64,000 nt of DNA from positions 267,220,001 through 267,284,000 of the forward strand of contig OZ024740.1 in NCBI GenBank assembly GCA_964016885.1. Direction: 5' to 3'. Position 1 is the stretch's first letter; every line of letters starts with the position of its first letter. This document shows positions 37,660-52,076 of the stretch, one piece after another. The translations under genes and the position numbers were made by a program. Under the pieces are notes generated by a model. The model was not told the origin of the DNA. It saw only the letters and a program-made list of their open reading frames with translations, and ran no database searches. The DNA is from Eledone cirrhosa (lineage: Eukaryota).

Positions 37660-40170
37660 TCCCTACCACCATTGCCATCCCTACCACCACCGCTGCCACC
37701 ATTACCACCACCACTGCCTCCATTACCACCACCACTGCCACCATTACCACCACCGCTGCCACCATTACAACCACCGCTGCCACCATTACCACAAGCACTG
37801 CCATCACTACCACCACCACCACTACCTCCACCACCACTGCCATCACTACCTCCACCACCACAGCCATCCCTCCCACACCACCACAGCCATTATTACTACC
37901 ACCACCACTGCCATCACTACCACCACCACTGCCATCACTACCACCACCACTGCCACCATTACCACAACCACTACCACCACCACTGCCATCACTACCACCA
38001 CCACTGTCATCACTACCTCCACCACCACAGCCATCCCTCCCACACCACCACAACCATTATTACTACCACCACTGCCATCACTACCACCACCACTGTCATC
38101 ACTACCACCACCACTGCCATCACTACCACCACCACTGCCATCACTACCACCACCACCACCACTACCATCCCTCCCACATCACCACAACCATTATTACTAC
38201 CACCACTGCCATCACTACCACCACCACTGCCATCACTACCACCACCGCTGCCACCATTACCACCACCACTACCACCACCACTGCCATCACTACCTCCACC
38301 ACCACAGCCATCCCTCCCACACCACCACAACCATTATTACTACCACCACTGCCATCACTACCACCACCACTGCCACCATTACCACCACCACTACCACCAC
38401 CACTGCCATCACTACCACCACCACTGCCATCACTACCTCCACCACCACAGCCATCCCTCCCACACCACCACAACCATTATTACTACCACCACTGCCATCA
38501 CTACCACCACCACTGTCATCACTACCACCACCGCTGCCACCATTACCACCACCACTACCACCACCACTGCCATCACTACCTCCACCACCACAGCCATCCC
38601 TCCCACACCACCACAACCATTATTACTACCACCACTGCCATCACTACCACCACCACTGTCATCACTACCACCACCAGCACTACCACCACCACTGCCATCA
38701 CTACCACCACCACCACTACCACCACCACTGCCATCACTACCTCCACCACCACTGCCATCACTACCACCACCAGCACTACCACCACCACTGCCATCACTAC
38801 CACCACCACCACTACCACCACCACTGCCATCACTACCTCCACCACCACTGCCATCACTACCACCACCAGCACTACCACCACCACTGTCATCACTACCACC
38901 ACCAGCACTACCACCACCACTGCCATCACTACCACCACCACCACTACCACCACCACTGCCATCACTACCTCCACCACCACTGCCATCACTACCACCACCA
39001 GCACTACCACCACCACTGCCATCACTACCACCACCACCACTACCACCACCACTGCCATCACTACCTCCACCACCACTGCCATCACTACCACCACCAGCAC
39101 TACCACCACCACTGCCATCACTACCACCACCACAGCCATTATTACTACCACCACTGCCATCATTACCACCACCACCACTACCACCACCACTGCCATCACT
39201 ACCACCACCACCACTACCACCACCACTGCCATCACTACCTCCACCACCACAGCCATTATTACCACCACCACCACTACCACCACCACTGCCATCACTACCA
39301 CCACCACTGCCATCATTACCACCACCACCACTACCACCACCACTGCCATCACTACCACCACCACTGCCATCATTACAACCACCACCACTACCACTGTCAT
39401 CACTACCACCACCACCACTACCACCACCACTGCCATCACTACCTCCACCACCACAGCCATCCCTCCCACACCACCACAACCATTATTACCACCACCACTG
39501 CCATCACTACCACCACCACCACTACCACCACCACTGCCATCACTACCACCACCACCACTACCACCACCACTGCCATCACTACCTCCACCACCACAGCCAT
39601 CCCTCCCACACCACCACAACCATTATTACTACCACCACTGCCATCACTACCACCACCACCACCACTACCACCACCACTGCCATCACTACCACCACCACCA
39701 CTACCACCACCACTGCCATCACTACCTCCACCACCACAGCCATCCCTCCCACTCCACCACAGCCATTATTACTACCACCACTGCCATCACTACCACCACC
39801 ACTGCCATCATTACCACCACCACCACCACCACTGCCATCACTACCACCACCACTGCCATCACTACCTCCACCACCACTGCCATCATTACCACCACCACCA
39901 CTACCACCACCACTGCCATCACTACCGCCACCACTGCCATCATTACCACCACCACCACAGCCATCCCTCCCACACCACCACTGCCATCACTACCACCACC
40001 ACTGCCATCATTACCACCACCACCACAGCCATCCCTCCCACACCACCACTGCCATCACTACCACCATCACTCCCATCACCACAGCCATCATCACACCAAT
40101 ACTACCTGTCCCTCATCACCACCACCACCACCACCACCACCACCACCACCACCACCACCACCACCATCAG
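37660..40170. repeat. Complex (CAC)n-based satellite with higher-order units
   Basis: Modules actgccatcactaccaccacc and acagccatccctcccacaccaccacaaccattattact repeated over 2.5 kb. Confidence 0.95.
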
Positions 40171-41411
40171 AACTCCTTCCATCATCTCCACAAGATCCTG
40201 TTATTAATATGTTAATCTTTTCTGACCTGTTTAAAGTTACCAAATGGGTAATTAAGAAATTTAATGAACCACCAACTCTAACACTGCTAATACAACTACT
40301 CCTACTATTTCTAACAACAACAACAATAACAACAATTTCTTAATTGTAGTAGAGCAACACTGTCATGATCTATGTAATATCTGCATGACAGATCCTTTAT
40401 GCAGTTGCTTGACTTGCTAGAAATAGCAATCAATTCTCCTGCAAATAACACCCTACTATCTTAGAAAAGGAAAGAAATCATAGGAGAATGTTAACATACA
40501 CACATGATGATGATGATGATGATCATCATCATCATCATCACCTTTTAATGTCCATTTTTCCATGCTAGCATGGGTTGAACGAGTTGCCCCATTGTGAGAC
40601 AAGCCAGATCAGATGACTGTGTCTTGCTTACACAGAACTGTTTCTGACTTGGTTTCTATGGCTGGATGCCCAGCCTAATACCAACCACATATACAATACA
40701 TTAAAAAATATATGATGCGTGTGGCTAGAAAGTCTTTGATTATAGTGGAAAGGTCTCAGGAACAAAATAAAACAAAATTAGAAAAAAAAAAGGGGGAGGG
40801 GAATGACCTTCATCCTTGTCTGCTGGGGATGAAGGTCATTCCCCAGCAGACAAGAGTACACAATCAGAGTGGTGTTGGCTGCCCACAGGTGTGAGCCCTG
40901 CAAAGTGAGGTGGCTGTTCCAGCATGTCTCCCTTGCCATCCTTCAGGGCAACTTATTCTTCATCCTGTCAACTGAGACTAAGAGGTAGAGGGTAAGATAG
41001 TTGAAGGTGGAGGATGTCATCTACACACATACTCAACCACTTTGTTAAGTTGTGTCATATTTTATGGAAATGTTTCTGAAACCTGCCTCATGTACATGCA
41101 GATAATTACAACATAATTATGCTACAAATAATCACATAATAGACGAAATGAGAAATTAATTTATATATATATAGTTAGTTTTCTTTTAGCTTTCTGATGC
41201 AAGGATGAAATGGAGAGAGAGTGGGTTGGATTTTGGCACATAAATAAGTACTTGCTCTAATTTACAGAAACAGGATTTTTCTGAATCCTTAGTGTAATCT
41301 CACTTAATACAGTTGAACCAAAAAAAGTACAGAACTCATAGATATCCAAAAGAACAAAGAGTGCAAGAGAGCTTGGGAATTCTAAATTTTCTGATGACTA
41401 ACACAATTTGT

Positions 41412-41755
41412 ATCATCATCATCATTTCATTTTACGTCCACTTTTTCCCTGCTTACAAGGGTGGGACGGGAACTGATTCTGGCTTGATTTCTACAGCTGG
41501 ATGCCCTTCCTAACACCAACCTCATTTTACAGTGAGTGCTGGGGTCTTTTTTGCCGTGGCACCTTCACGACCACTTTACAGTGGAATGATATGGACCCCA
41601 GTCCCTATCATCTCATTTCTACAGCTGAGTAAACTGGAGCAATGTGAAATAAAGAGTCTTGCTCAAGGAAACAACACATCACCCGGTCTGAGAATTGAAC
41701 TCACAACCTTTCGATTGCAAGGTCAATGCTCTAACCACTAAGCCATGTGCCTCCA
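41412..41755 (-). mobile_element. SINE family B, full length
   Basis: Reverse complement of 13303-13640 with an (ATG)n tail. Confidence 0.9.
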
Positions 41756-42060
41756 TGTATGTATATATATATATAACCACATGTGAGCTGGTTCTACCGC
41801 CACACATTCCATGGTAGATTTGCAGTGAATGTAGCTAAATTTTCAAGTTAGATGGTGGACTAACCAGACAAGATAGAATGCATGACGATACACCCCTAGT
41901 TGGTATTGCCAGGAAACAGGCAGTTCAGGTGTCACATCTGTGAATGTGCTTGTAAAACAAAAGAGGGTCTGAAAAGTCACCTGCATGCACATGATTGTGC
42001 AATGTTCAATGAAGGGATGGCACTCTTCTGAAGATAAGTAGTACAATCAGCATATACATA

Positions 42061-42297
42061 TCATCATCATCATCATCATCATCATTTTACGTCCGCTTTT
42101 CCCTGCTTGCAAGGGTGGGACGGGTCTTATTCAGCACAGCATCTCTCCACTCGTCACGGTCCCTCGTCATCTCCACCGTGAGCTTCAATGATCTGAGGTC
42201 TGTTCTCACCACCTCCGCCCATGTTTTTCGTGGTCTACCTCTACCACGTCTTCCTTCAACTGGCATTTCCTGGCACTTCTTCACCCATCGGTCATCC
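42061..42297 (-). mobile_element. Short 3' end of an RTE LINE, probable partner of SINE B
   Basis: KKCQEMPVEGRRGRGRPRKTWAEVVRTDL..DRDEWR..RPTLASREKRT* followed by (ATG)n. Confidence 0.85.
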
Positions 42298-42528
42298 TAT
42301 ATATATACATACATATGTACAAACACATACATATGTACATACATGCATATATATAGATAACTTTGATAGGTTTTAGCCAGTATTGGCACAGGCCATGTCT
42401 AACTTAATAGCACCACCTATATATATATATACACATACAATCAAATACAGATTCAAAAATAATTTCTGACTTTTTAGATGTTTCAAGGCCATATTAAAAA
42501 TACATTAAAAGCAAGAGGAAAAACAAAT

Positions 42529-42627
42529 TTCACCTCCAAAGTGAAACTGGTGTAATATTCACCTCCAAAGTGAAACTGGTGTAATATTCACCTCCAAAGT
42601 GAAACCAATGTAATATTCACCTCCAAA
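42529..42627. repeat. 29-bp tandem repeat, about 3.4 copies
   Basis: Unit ttcacctccaaagtgaaactggtgtaata. Confidence 0.9.
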
Positions 42628-43289
42628 TCGAAAATATTTCAGCACCTCATTTTAGTAGAATTTTGAAGTTGGTGAAAAATTGGCAAAAATATTGACATCT
42701 AAGTCAATCTGCCCCCCTCCCCCATTTTACCATTTTTTTTTTTTGTCACATATTTCTTGGATTATATACAAGCATATAGAGTAGTTCTTTATTTAGAGAT
42801 ATAAGAGATATAAATGATAATGGTTTTGGATTTAGACACAAGGCCAACATTGTTGGGGGTGGAAAAAGTTGATTAAATTGAGCCCAGAACATTACTGGTT
42901 CTTTATTTTACTGACCCCCCATAATGATGAAAGGCAAAGCTAAGCTTGGCAGGATTTGAACTCAGAACATAAAGGGCTATAACTATATGACACAAAGCAT
43001 GTTGTTCGATACTGCAAATTCACCGCCCTTGAGATATAAATGATAATAGAAAGGACTTGTGACAAAGTGCTCCATTCCATTGGTTTGTGCAGAAAAAGCA
43101 AAGAAAAAAAATCAATATAATTTCCTGTCTTTTAATATGACTGTCACAGTGGGAATCATTAGAGAGGAAACATATTTGTTATCAACTTATGTTTCGGTCA
43201 ATTTACTGAAGCTGAAACTCTCTCTGTGTGTGTTTTGTAAGTGAAGACAGATCTTCAGTAGAGATAGCTGAGATTTGCTCAGCAACCAA

Positions 43290-43725
43290 AACAGCATAGC
43301 AACAACCATCATAACAACAACAGCAACAACTACCACAACAATTATAACATTCACAACAACAACCTTAACAGCCACAACAACAACAACAACAACAACAACA
43401 ACGACAACAACCACAATAGCAACAACGATAACAACCATAACAGCCACAATAACTACAACAACAACAACTACAACTATAACAATCACAATAATCATAACCA
43501 CAATCACAATCATAACAACTACAGCAACAACTATAAAAACTATAACAACAACCACAACAATAACCATTAACAACCACAACAACTATAACAACCACAACAA
43601 CAACCATAACAACAACAACGAAACAGTATTAGTTAGTAGGAGTAACTATAACAACAGCAGCAGCAGTAGCAATAGTAACTACAGTATTAATAACAACTTT
43701 TATCATTACAACAACAATAGCAATA
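43290..43725. repeat. Degenerate (CAA)n trinucleotide repeat
   Basis: Visible directly in the sequence. Confidence 0.9.
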
Positions 43726-44035
43726 TTAAAGTAGGTTTATAAGTATGAATTTTCATAAGATTTTCGTAGTTGTTTCTGTGGCCTAGAGGTTGGTACTAGA
43801 GATGGTGGAGATCCTGGTCTTGGGTTCAATATTGGTCGAGAGGTACATGTAATATTTTTCAGTTTTTATTTTACAACCCAATAGTAATATTAAGATCTCT
43901 AGCAACAGTTTAAAAATGTATGCTAAATGAAGAAGTGGTCCCTAACAGAGTCATTCGATTTGCTAGAAATAGCAGCAAAATCTTCCTTTAAAGAAAAAAA
44001 AAACTTCATCCAACTGTGTACAGTTGTCCTGAATG

Positions 44036-44078
<43 letters not shown>

Positions 44079-47000
44079 TAGATAGAGAGAGAGAAAATGG
44101 CCTCAACCTCAGTAGTTGACCAGTATATTAATTATTGAAGCCAAAAGAATGAAAGGCGAAGCTGACTGCTATGGAATTTAAACTCAGAGAACAGAAACCA
44201 GAAAAATACTGTAGGTTATTTTATCTGATACTTAAACAACTCTGACCAATTTCCGCATAATACCCATACAAAAGACAGAATGGTCACAGTTGGAAAGCCT
44301 TTTATCACAGCTATACTTAATACTTGTGGAAAGTTTTTTGATCAGGAAAGCCTTTAAAGGCTATGAATATTTCTCCTCCTTTTCAGATAAAATAAAGGTT
44401 TCTGATTTAAGCACAACAGCAATAATTGTGGGGGAGGGTAATGTCGTTTAAATTGACTCCTGTTCATTACTGGTACTTTATGTAATAGACCTGAAAGGAT
44501 GAAAGGCAAATCTATTTGAAAACAATAATAATAATGTCTATCTTAGACACAAGTCTATACATTGGAGTGGGTGCAATTTTCAATTAGACTTGAATAAGGA
44601 CTAAAATAAAAGCAACAATAATTATTAGTTGAAAATCAATTCAACAAGCAATTCTAATCCAGAGTTTTTGACTACTAATTGTATAGATAACTTCAGTTAA
44701 TCAAATTTTTTTTTTTACTTATTATATTACATATATGAAACCCTGCCACATTTGTATTGGCAGAAAATTAGCAGATACACTAGAACGTCAAATAAAATTA
44801 AAATGCCTTGTGGTATACGTTTCAGCTCTCTCCTCTCTTAGTTCAAATCCCACTGAGGTCAACTTTGTCCTTTATCCATTCAAGGTCAATAAAAAAGTAC
44901 CAGTCAATTACTGGGATTGATTCTTCATCTATATCTCTTTCTCACTTCCATTCTCTCTCTCTCTCTAACCTTCTCTGGAAAAAATCTGATGTATTTAGAC
45001 CTGGAGAGGAGATGGGCTCCACCAGGTTTTAAAATAGCGTAGAAATGCTGTATGTCAATGTGGCACGCCTACGACTTCCTCAGGAGTTGTGAGATCATAC
45101 ATGCTTATATTTGTATTCAATATTCAGAATGCTTCCTCAGCCATATTATTGATAATCATATTTAACCACACTTTTATATATCTTGATCATCCTTAGACTT
45201 GCCAGGTAGAATACACTTAATTGAGGAGATCTAATAAGACCAAAACTTGTCTATTGATTTTTACCAATTGTTAAAGTCCACATATACTTCATTAAACAAG
45301 CCCCTGAGAAATTTTGTTGAGTAATTGCATGATAGATCTTAATTAATCTAAGTTTTTCAGCTGAATTGATTTAACTCTTTTGATACAAACCTTCCCCAAA
45401 CTACCTCTTGTTCAATGATACAAAGCTATTTATTTTAAAGTGTTTATATTTATCTAAGAAAATCTTCTAATGTAATTTTATGTAAGAATCTTTGTTTAGT
45501 TATATTTCAAACATCAGTTTAATAATGAAAAAGTTAGTTATTGCTAAATCCCTCCAAGTTCTTCTTCACCCACTTATTCTTGGGAGGGTTGTGGGGGCAG
45601 AGTCCTCAAACACTTCTGATGGAGTTGCAAGGGTGCTGTAGAGGCATATGGCATTTCTTGGGCATTTTTTAAGCTTGGCAGAACCCATACCTCAACAAGT
45701 TTGAACACAGTAGATTTCTTCCAGAGAAGGATAGAAAGTGAGAGACAGGAAGTAAGAAAAAGATATAAGAAGAATTGACCCCAGTATTTCACTGGTACTC
45801 TTTTTTTATCGACCTTCAAAAGATGAAAGGCAAAGTTGACCTCAGTGGGATTTAAACTCAGAGAGCAGAAATAATGAATACTGCAAAGCATTCTATCCAA
45901 TGTTCTAACAACTCTGCCAATTCAGTATGCAGCTGTTAAAGAAAAGCAAATAGTATTATCTCACAACAGGGGACAGAATATATTCACCTGAGAACAAGAA
46001 GTCTATTAGGTATGTTGTTCCTTATTTATATGACATCTGCAGATTAGATTAAATTGTTATTCTTTAATTTACATTTGCACCCTCAGGGAATCTATTGTAG
46101 ATTAAATAATAAATTATTCCAATTACTTGCAATTTACTTTTGTATTAGACTTCATCCTACGAGAGAATTATTTTTATTAAATTAGTTAAGTTTATGCAGC
46201 ATTTAGAGTGCTGAAACTGATACTTGCTAGTAACAATTCTGAAACCCATGCTTCCATGCAGGCATGGATGATTGATTGAACAGCAGACAACTAGCTGAGT
46301 AGTTTCTGTTTTCATCTGTACTGCACTGTACTGTTTCCATGGTCAAGGCACTTGTCATGTACACTTATCAATAGACCAATCCATCTAATTTTTGTCAATG
46401 AGCCAATCCACTGGATAAGTTGTAAGTAGTAGCCACACAATTGAATAGTTCACTTTTGTAAGTAGTCGTAGTAGCATTGTAAAATTATTGACATTCATTT
46501 CATTAACTCTTAGTGCTACTGAATATGAACCGAAACTATTACTTGGGGTTCATCAGAGACTAGAAAAATAGTCCTTAAACTCATTTTGTTCTTGAACTGT
46601 TATATAATTTTCCAGACATTGCAAAAGCTATAATTAAATATTATGGGCAACTCGCATCATCCAAATTTTAATACAATGTTAAAAGAAAGAAATTCTTTTA
46701 AAAAGAGAAATATATATATATATACTAATAATAATAAAAAGGACAAAGTGTTAGATCTTCATTATGTTTATTGAGGCGGTGGATTGGCAGTATTGGTAGA
46801 GTGTCGGATGCCATGCTTTGGCGCATAGAGTTACGGCCCTTGCCATTCTGAGTTCTAATCCCGCCGAGGTTAACTTTGCCTTTCATCCTTACGGGGTCGA
46901 TAAAATAAAGTACCAGTAATACACTGGGTAATTGCTGGCCTTGTGCCTAACGTAGAAACAATTATGTTTATTGAGGTGTGACATGAATTTCACGATTGAT

Positions 47001-47192
47001 CAGCTCAAGACTCAATCTGTATTGATCTGGCCCGACTCGGGAATCAAAAGCTTCTTGGACTTCTGTTATGTTAATGAGAGAATTTTAATATTAGTATTAT
47101 ACTCTGCTTAATTCAACATCACTATACCTACTGGAAACTATGCATCGAGTGCTCATTCTAGTGAACCTACAGTAACTGGATGTTACAATACC

Positions 47193-47220
<28 letters not shown>

Positions 47221-47223
<3 letters not shown>

Positions 47224-47696
47224 CTATCTATCTAAGGCGGGTAAAATTCCCGAGATCCATGGACGAGTTCTCTCCAGCGGTCTCTGTCCCTCATTATCGC
47301 TGCCATATCCTGCATCTCCAACAGACCAGTGTCTGTCCTTAGGGCATCAACATATGTTAACCTTGGTCTTCCTCTTCCAGTGTGTCCATGTAGGGGCTCC
47401 AAAAGGAGCACTGAGTGCAATGTCAACTCTGGATGCCGGTGAGCATGTCCAGCCAACCTCAGTCTTCTCTGTGTCACTTTTGAGCTGACTTTTGGGATGC
47501 CACAGCTTGAGATCGGTGTGGAAGTCGGACCTTCGTAGAGACCTGAAAATCCGCCTCTTCATTGCTGTAGTGGAGTCTGTACTGCTGTATGGGTCTGAGA
47601 CTTGGACACTGACCAAGAGACTCACTCAGATGGTGGATGGGTGCTACACGAGAATGCTGAGGATGGCTCTGAACATTAATCAGTATACACTGAGGA

Positions 47697-47700
<4 letters not shown>
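47221..47700 (-). mobile_element. RTE-like LINE copy with a 5' inversion (same family as 11482-12034)
   Basis: 3' part 47232-47497 is on the minus strand with a (TAGA)n tail, and the upstream part 47498-47700 is on the plus strand. (TA)n on both sides. Confidence 0.9.
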
Positions 47701-47745
<45 letters not shown>

Positions 47746-49099
47746 GGTGTCACGCAATAATACAGATGACCCGACTTCCCACGGGTACAAGTCGAAGCTG
47801 AAGCATATAGACAATATACTCCACACCCTCCCACTGCAAAGTGGTCGTGGAGGTGTCACGACAAAAAAAGCACCCAGCCCACACACTGTAAATTGGCCGT
47901 GTAGGCGCCACGGTAAAAAAGCACCCAACACTCACTGTAAACGAGGCTGGTGTTAGGAAGGGCATCCAGCTGTAGAAATCAAGCCAAATTCATTTCCCAT
48001 AAGAGCAAGGCAAGGTCACTCGACATGGCATTGCCCACAACAGGACAACCGATCTAACCCATATAGCGTGGAAGAATGGACATGTGATGAGGATGATGAT
48101 ATAATTTGTTGTGTCCCAATATGCACTGGAATGAGTGGTATCAACTTTAATGTACTGAAACTGTAGTGATTTCCAGAGGTTGATTGAGGAGATGGGATGG
48201 TCCATCTTTCCCTTGTTTTTTCCTTTTGTCATTGTCCTGTGCACACCCCTATTTTGAATATATATATATATATAATCTTCTACTTCATCCACTTATTTCC
48301 TGGAGGGTCATGGGAGGAGAACCCTCAAATACACCTTCTATCAGGTTCAGTCAGAAGCAACTATCTCCAAATGATTCAGCTTTAATGACTGCTGCCAGGT
48401 GAAAAATATATGATGGTAAGTTGAAAAGTTCATAGGCTGACTATGAAGGAGTGATGCTAGAGCTGTGGTATCTTGTATGCATTGTTTTCAACTCTTCTTA
48501 TTAATAACTGCAATGTTTCTTTCCAGGGACTATGTTCAAAGATAAACCTCATTTGGTCATTCCATGAGAGTGTCTTGGTCAGCCTATAAACTTTTCAATC
48601 AACCTTCATAATTTATCTTGATCAATGCTTTGTGAAATCATAACCACATTTGGTATAATCCAGAGAGAGAATATGATTAGTGTAATATGGCTTATAGCTA
48701 AACTAAATGATTCAACATAAAAAAAATAAGAAACGTATAAGTCAAAAATGAAAAGCTCACTGAGATTCCACTAAAAGGAGTGGGGGCAGGGGGAATTTTA
48801 TAGGCAACTAACAGATTTCTTCACAGAATGCATAAAACCAAATAAAATCCTCAACAGTTTGAAAAATGCTTTTATCATACTTTTATAGCAGAAAAGTAAC
48901 ATTAAAGATCTTATAAATGATAATAATGAAAAATTATTGTGTACAGTGCTCAGGTGCACTACAACTCATCAAAGGTGCATGTATAGTACATAGAATAAAG
49001 TACAAATGTCAGGAAAGTGAACAGGCCCATCAGCCACCTCTCCAATTTATATTCACAAAAATTCTAACAAATCCCATCAATATCATATTAGATTTTAGT

Positions 49100-49616
49100 C
49101 AATGAAGTGAAAGAAGAAAGGTTCAGAAGCAGGTTTTTCAGCCACTGATGATTTGACCATTTACAGGTTATGAATAAAATTATTGAGAAACATGCAAGTA
49201 AAGTCGTCAACCATTATAATTAGGATTTATTGATTATAAGAAAGCCTTTGATAGCACTGAAATCCCAACTGTACTTGAAGCTCTTATTGATCAGGGAATA
49301 CATTAAACAAATATATAGATTATTTAGGAAATTTATGGCTAGGGAACATTATCTATAAGATGAAAGCACAATAGATCAATATTGAAAAAAAGAAAAAAAC
49401 ACAGAGATACAATATTGGTCAAACTCTTTAATGCCTCATTGCCTCATTGGAAGACATCTTTAAAAAGCTTAACTTGGATGAAAAAAGAATAAATATAGAT
49501 GGAGAAATTTCAAGTAATTTATATATTGTTGATGACATAGTCCTTTACTCAAATGATGTTCATGAACTGGAACAAATGTTAAATGAATTGAACAGTGAAA
49601 ACAACAAGGCAGGTCT

Positions 49617-49706
<90 letters not shown>

Positions 49707-50090
49707 CTTTTTATTCTACACCCATGTAACAAATGAAGTCTTCAAAGTTAACTATAATACTGCAACAAATGGCAAATATATTTATCTTGGACAATTATGG
49801 AATACAGCCAGAGTAAGTAAAAAGACGAATCTAAGCTGGATGGTGTGCTTTTGTTAAATTAAATGGCATCATGAAACGTAAGATGCCATTATATCTGAAG
49901 TCCACAGTTTTTGACCAGTGTATTATGCTAGTAATGATGTATGGAGTAGAGATGATTAAATACATGGAATAGAAGTTTAGCACAACAATAAGAAGTATTG
50001 AAAGATGTTTATCAGAAACCACTTAAAAGCATATTAAAAACTTGTCAATGGACAAGAAAGCAAACGAAAATACAGGTCATCATGAAATAT
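49100..50090 (+). mobile_element. Decayed RTE (BovB-like) RT fragment split by a (TA)n expansion
   Basis: Peptides FIDYKKAFDS, INIDGE..LYIVDDIVLYSND..ELEQMLNEL, YIYLGQ and VFDQCIMLVMMYGVE. Confidence 0.8.
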
Positions 50091-50559
50091 ATTTGTTTCT
50101 ACTTTTGGCACAAGGACAGCAATTTAAAGGAAAAAAGAAAGTTGACTGAATCGATCCCCAGTGCATTAGTGCTACTTTATTTTATTGACTACTCTAAGGA
50201 TGAAAGGCAAAGCTAACCTCAGTGGGATTTGAACTCATAATGCAAAAGGCCGTAACTATATACCTCAGTGCATTTTGTCCAACACTCTTAACAACTCTGC
50301 CAATTCACATATATTAAGAAAAGAGAATTGAAGGTGGTAGAGCATATGGTATGAACAAATGACAACAGGACACAGCAGTGTAGAGAATTAAGACCAATGA
50401 GAACAGGTTCATACAGTTTAGGAAGCCAGAGGGTGTGATGGAGAGATGAGATTAATGCATTTATGGATGTTACATAGAAGAGAGTCATATGAGAGGACCA
50501 ATTATTACTGGCTTAGGTAGGCTTTTTCTTGCAATGGGCAAATAATGAGTGACAAACGA

Positions 50560-50822
50560 TGATGAGGCTATTGATGATGATGGTGGTGATGATGATGGTA
50601 ATGGTATGGTGGTTATGATGTTGGAAATGATGATGATGGTGATGATGGTGATGAATATGATGGTAATGATGATGGTGATGATGGTGGTGATAATGATGAT
50701 GGTGATAATCATGATGGTGATGATGATGATGGTGATGATGATGATGGTGATGATGATGATGGTGGTGATGGTGATGATGATGGTGGTGATGGTGATAATG
50801 ATGATGGTGATAATGATGATAG
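50560..50822. repeat. (GAT/GGT)n repeat
   Basis: Visible directly in the sequence. Confidence 0.9.
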
Positions 50823-51556
50823 TCTTCTTCTTAATCACATACATGCTTTTCATGAACTTGAGTGTTAACAAAAACTGAAACAAAACAACCTACATACATC
50901 AAGACTACATAAGTATGTTTATATAGACATAATAGATTGTCATATAATACATAGTGGAGGTGAACAAATATAACTGATCTCTATATTTTAGTTGCAAAAA
51001 GCCTGAGATAAAAGGTCTCAAACTTTCATTGCATGTAACTTATTTAGATATTGGGTCACCCTCAAATGTTCAGTTCAGCTGGCTGCCTCTGTATCAAAAG
51101 TCTGCTTGATCAGAGATAAACTGATCTACCCAACAATGATAGCTATTTGTTTGTATATCTTTGATCTCAAGTTTTCACTTTTTATCAATAATTTCTTCTG
51201 AACAAAGCCAATTTTGCAGAGTTCTGTTTTCCTCTTTTCATAGCAGCTTGCCAACAGCTTGGAAACAGAGTGAGAATTACTAAAAGCTTTGTTGCTCCCC
51301 ACTCCCCCCTCTCTCTATATATTTGTATACATATATATATATATTTGTATACATATATATTTGTATACATATATACATATATATTTGAATGTATATATAT
51401 ATATATTTGTATACATATATACATATATATTTGTATATATATATATTTGTATACATATATACATATATATTTGTATATATATATTTGTATACATGTATAC
51501 ATATATATTTGTATATATATATATATATATATAACTTTTCCGACAGAATTACTTCA

Positions 51557-51621
<65 letters not shown>

Positions 51622-52076
51622 ACATATATACATACATTTGTGTATATATATATTTGTATACATATATACATATATTTGTATACATATATACATACATTTG
51701 TGTATATATATATTTGTATACATATATACATATATTTGTATACATATATACATATATTTGTATATATATATATTTGTATACATATATACATATATATATT
51801 TGAATGTATATATATATTTGTATACATATATACATATATATTTGTATATATATACATATATATATTTGAATGTATATATATATTTGTATACATATATATT
51901 TGTATATATATATATATATATTTGTATATATATATATATACATATATATATTTGTATATATATATATTTGTATATATATATATATTTGTATACATATATC
52001 CATATATTTGTATATATATATTTGTATACATATATACATATATTTGTATATATATATATATATTTGTATACATATA

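Noticed and set aside
37494-40343. 949-aa and 847-aa mucin- or extensin-like ORFs
   Set aside because: A CAC-based satellite lacks stops in several frames, and the peptide cycles between Thr, Pro and His runs as unit lengths shift. There is no signal peptide or splice support.
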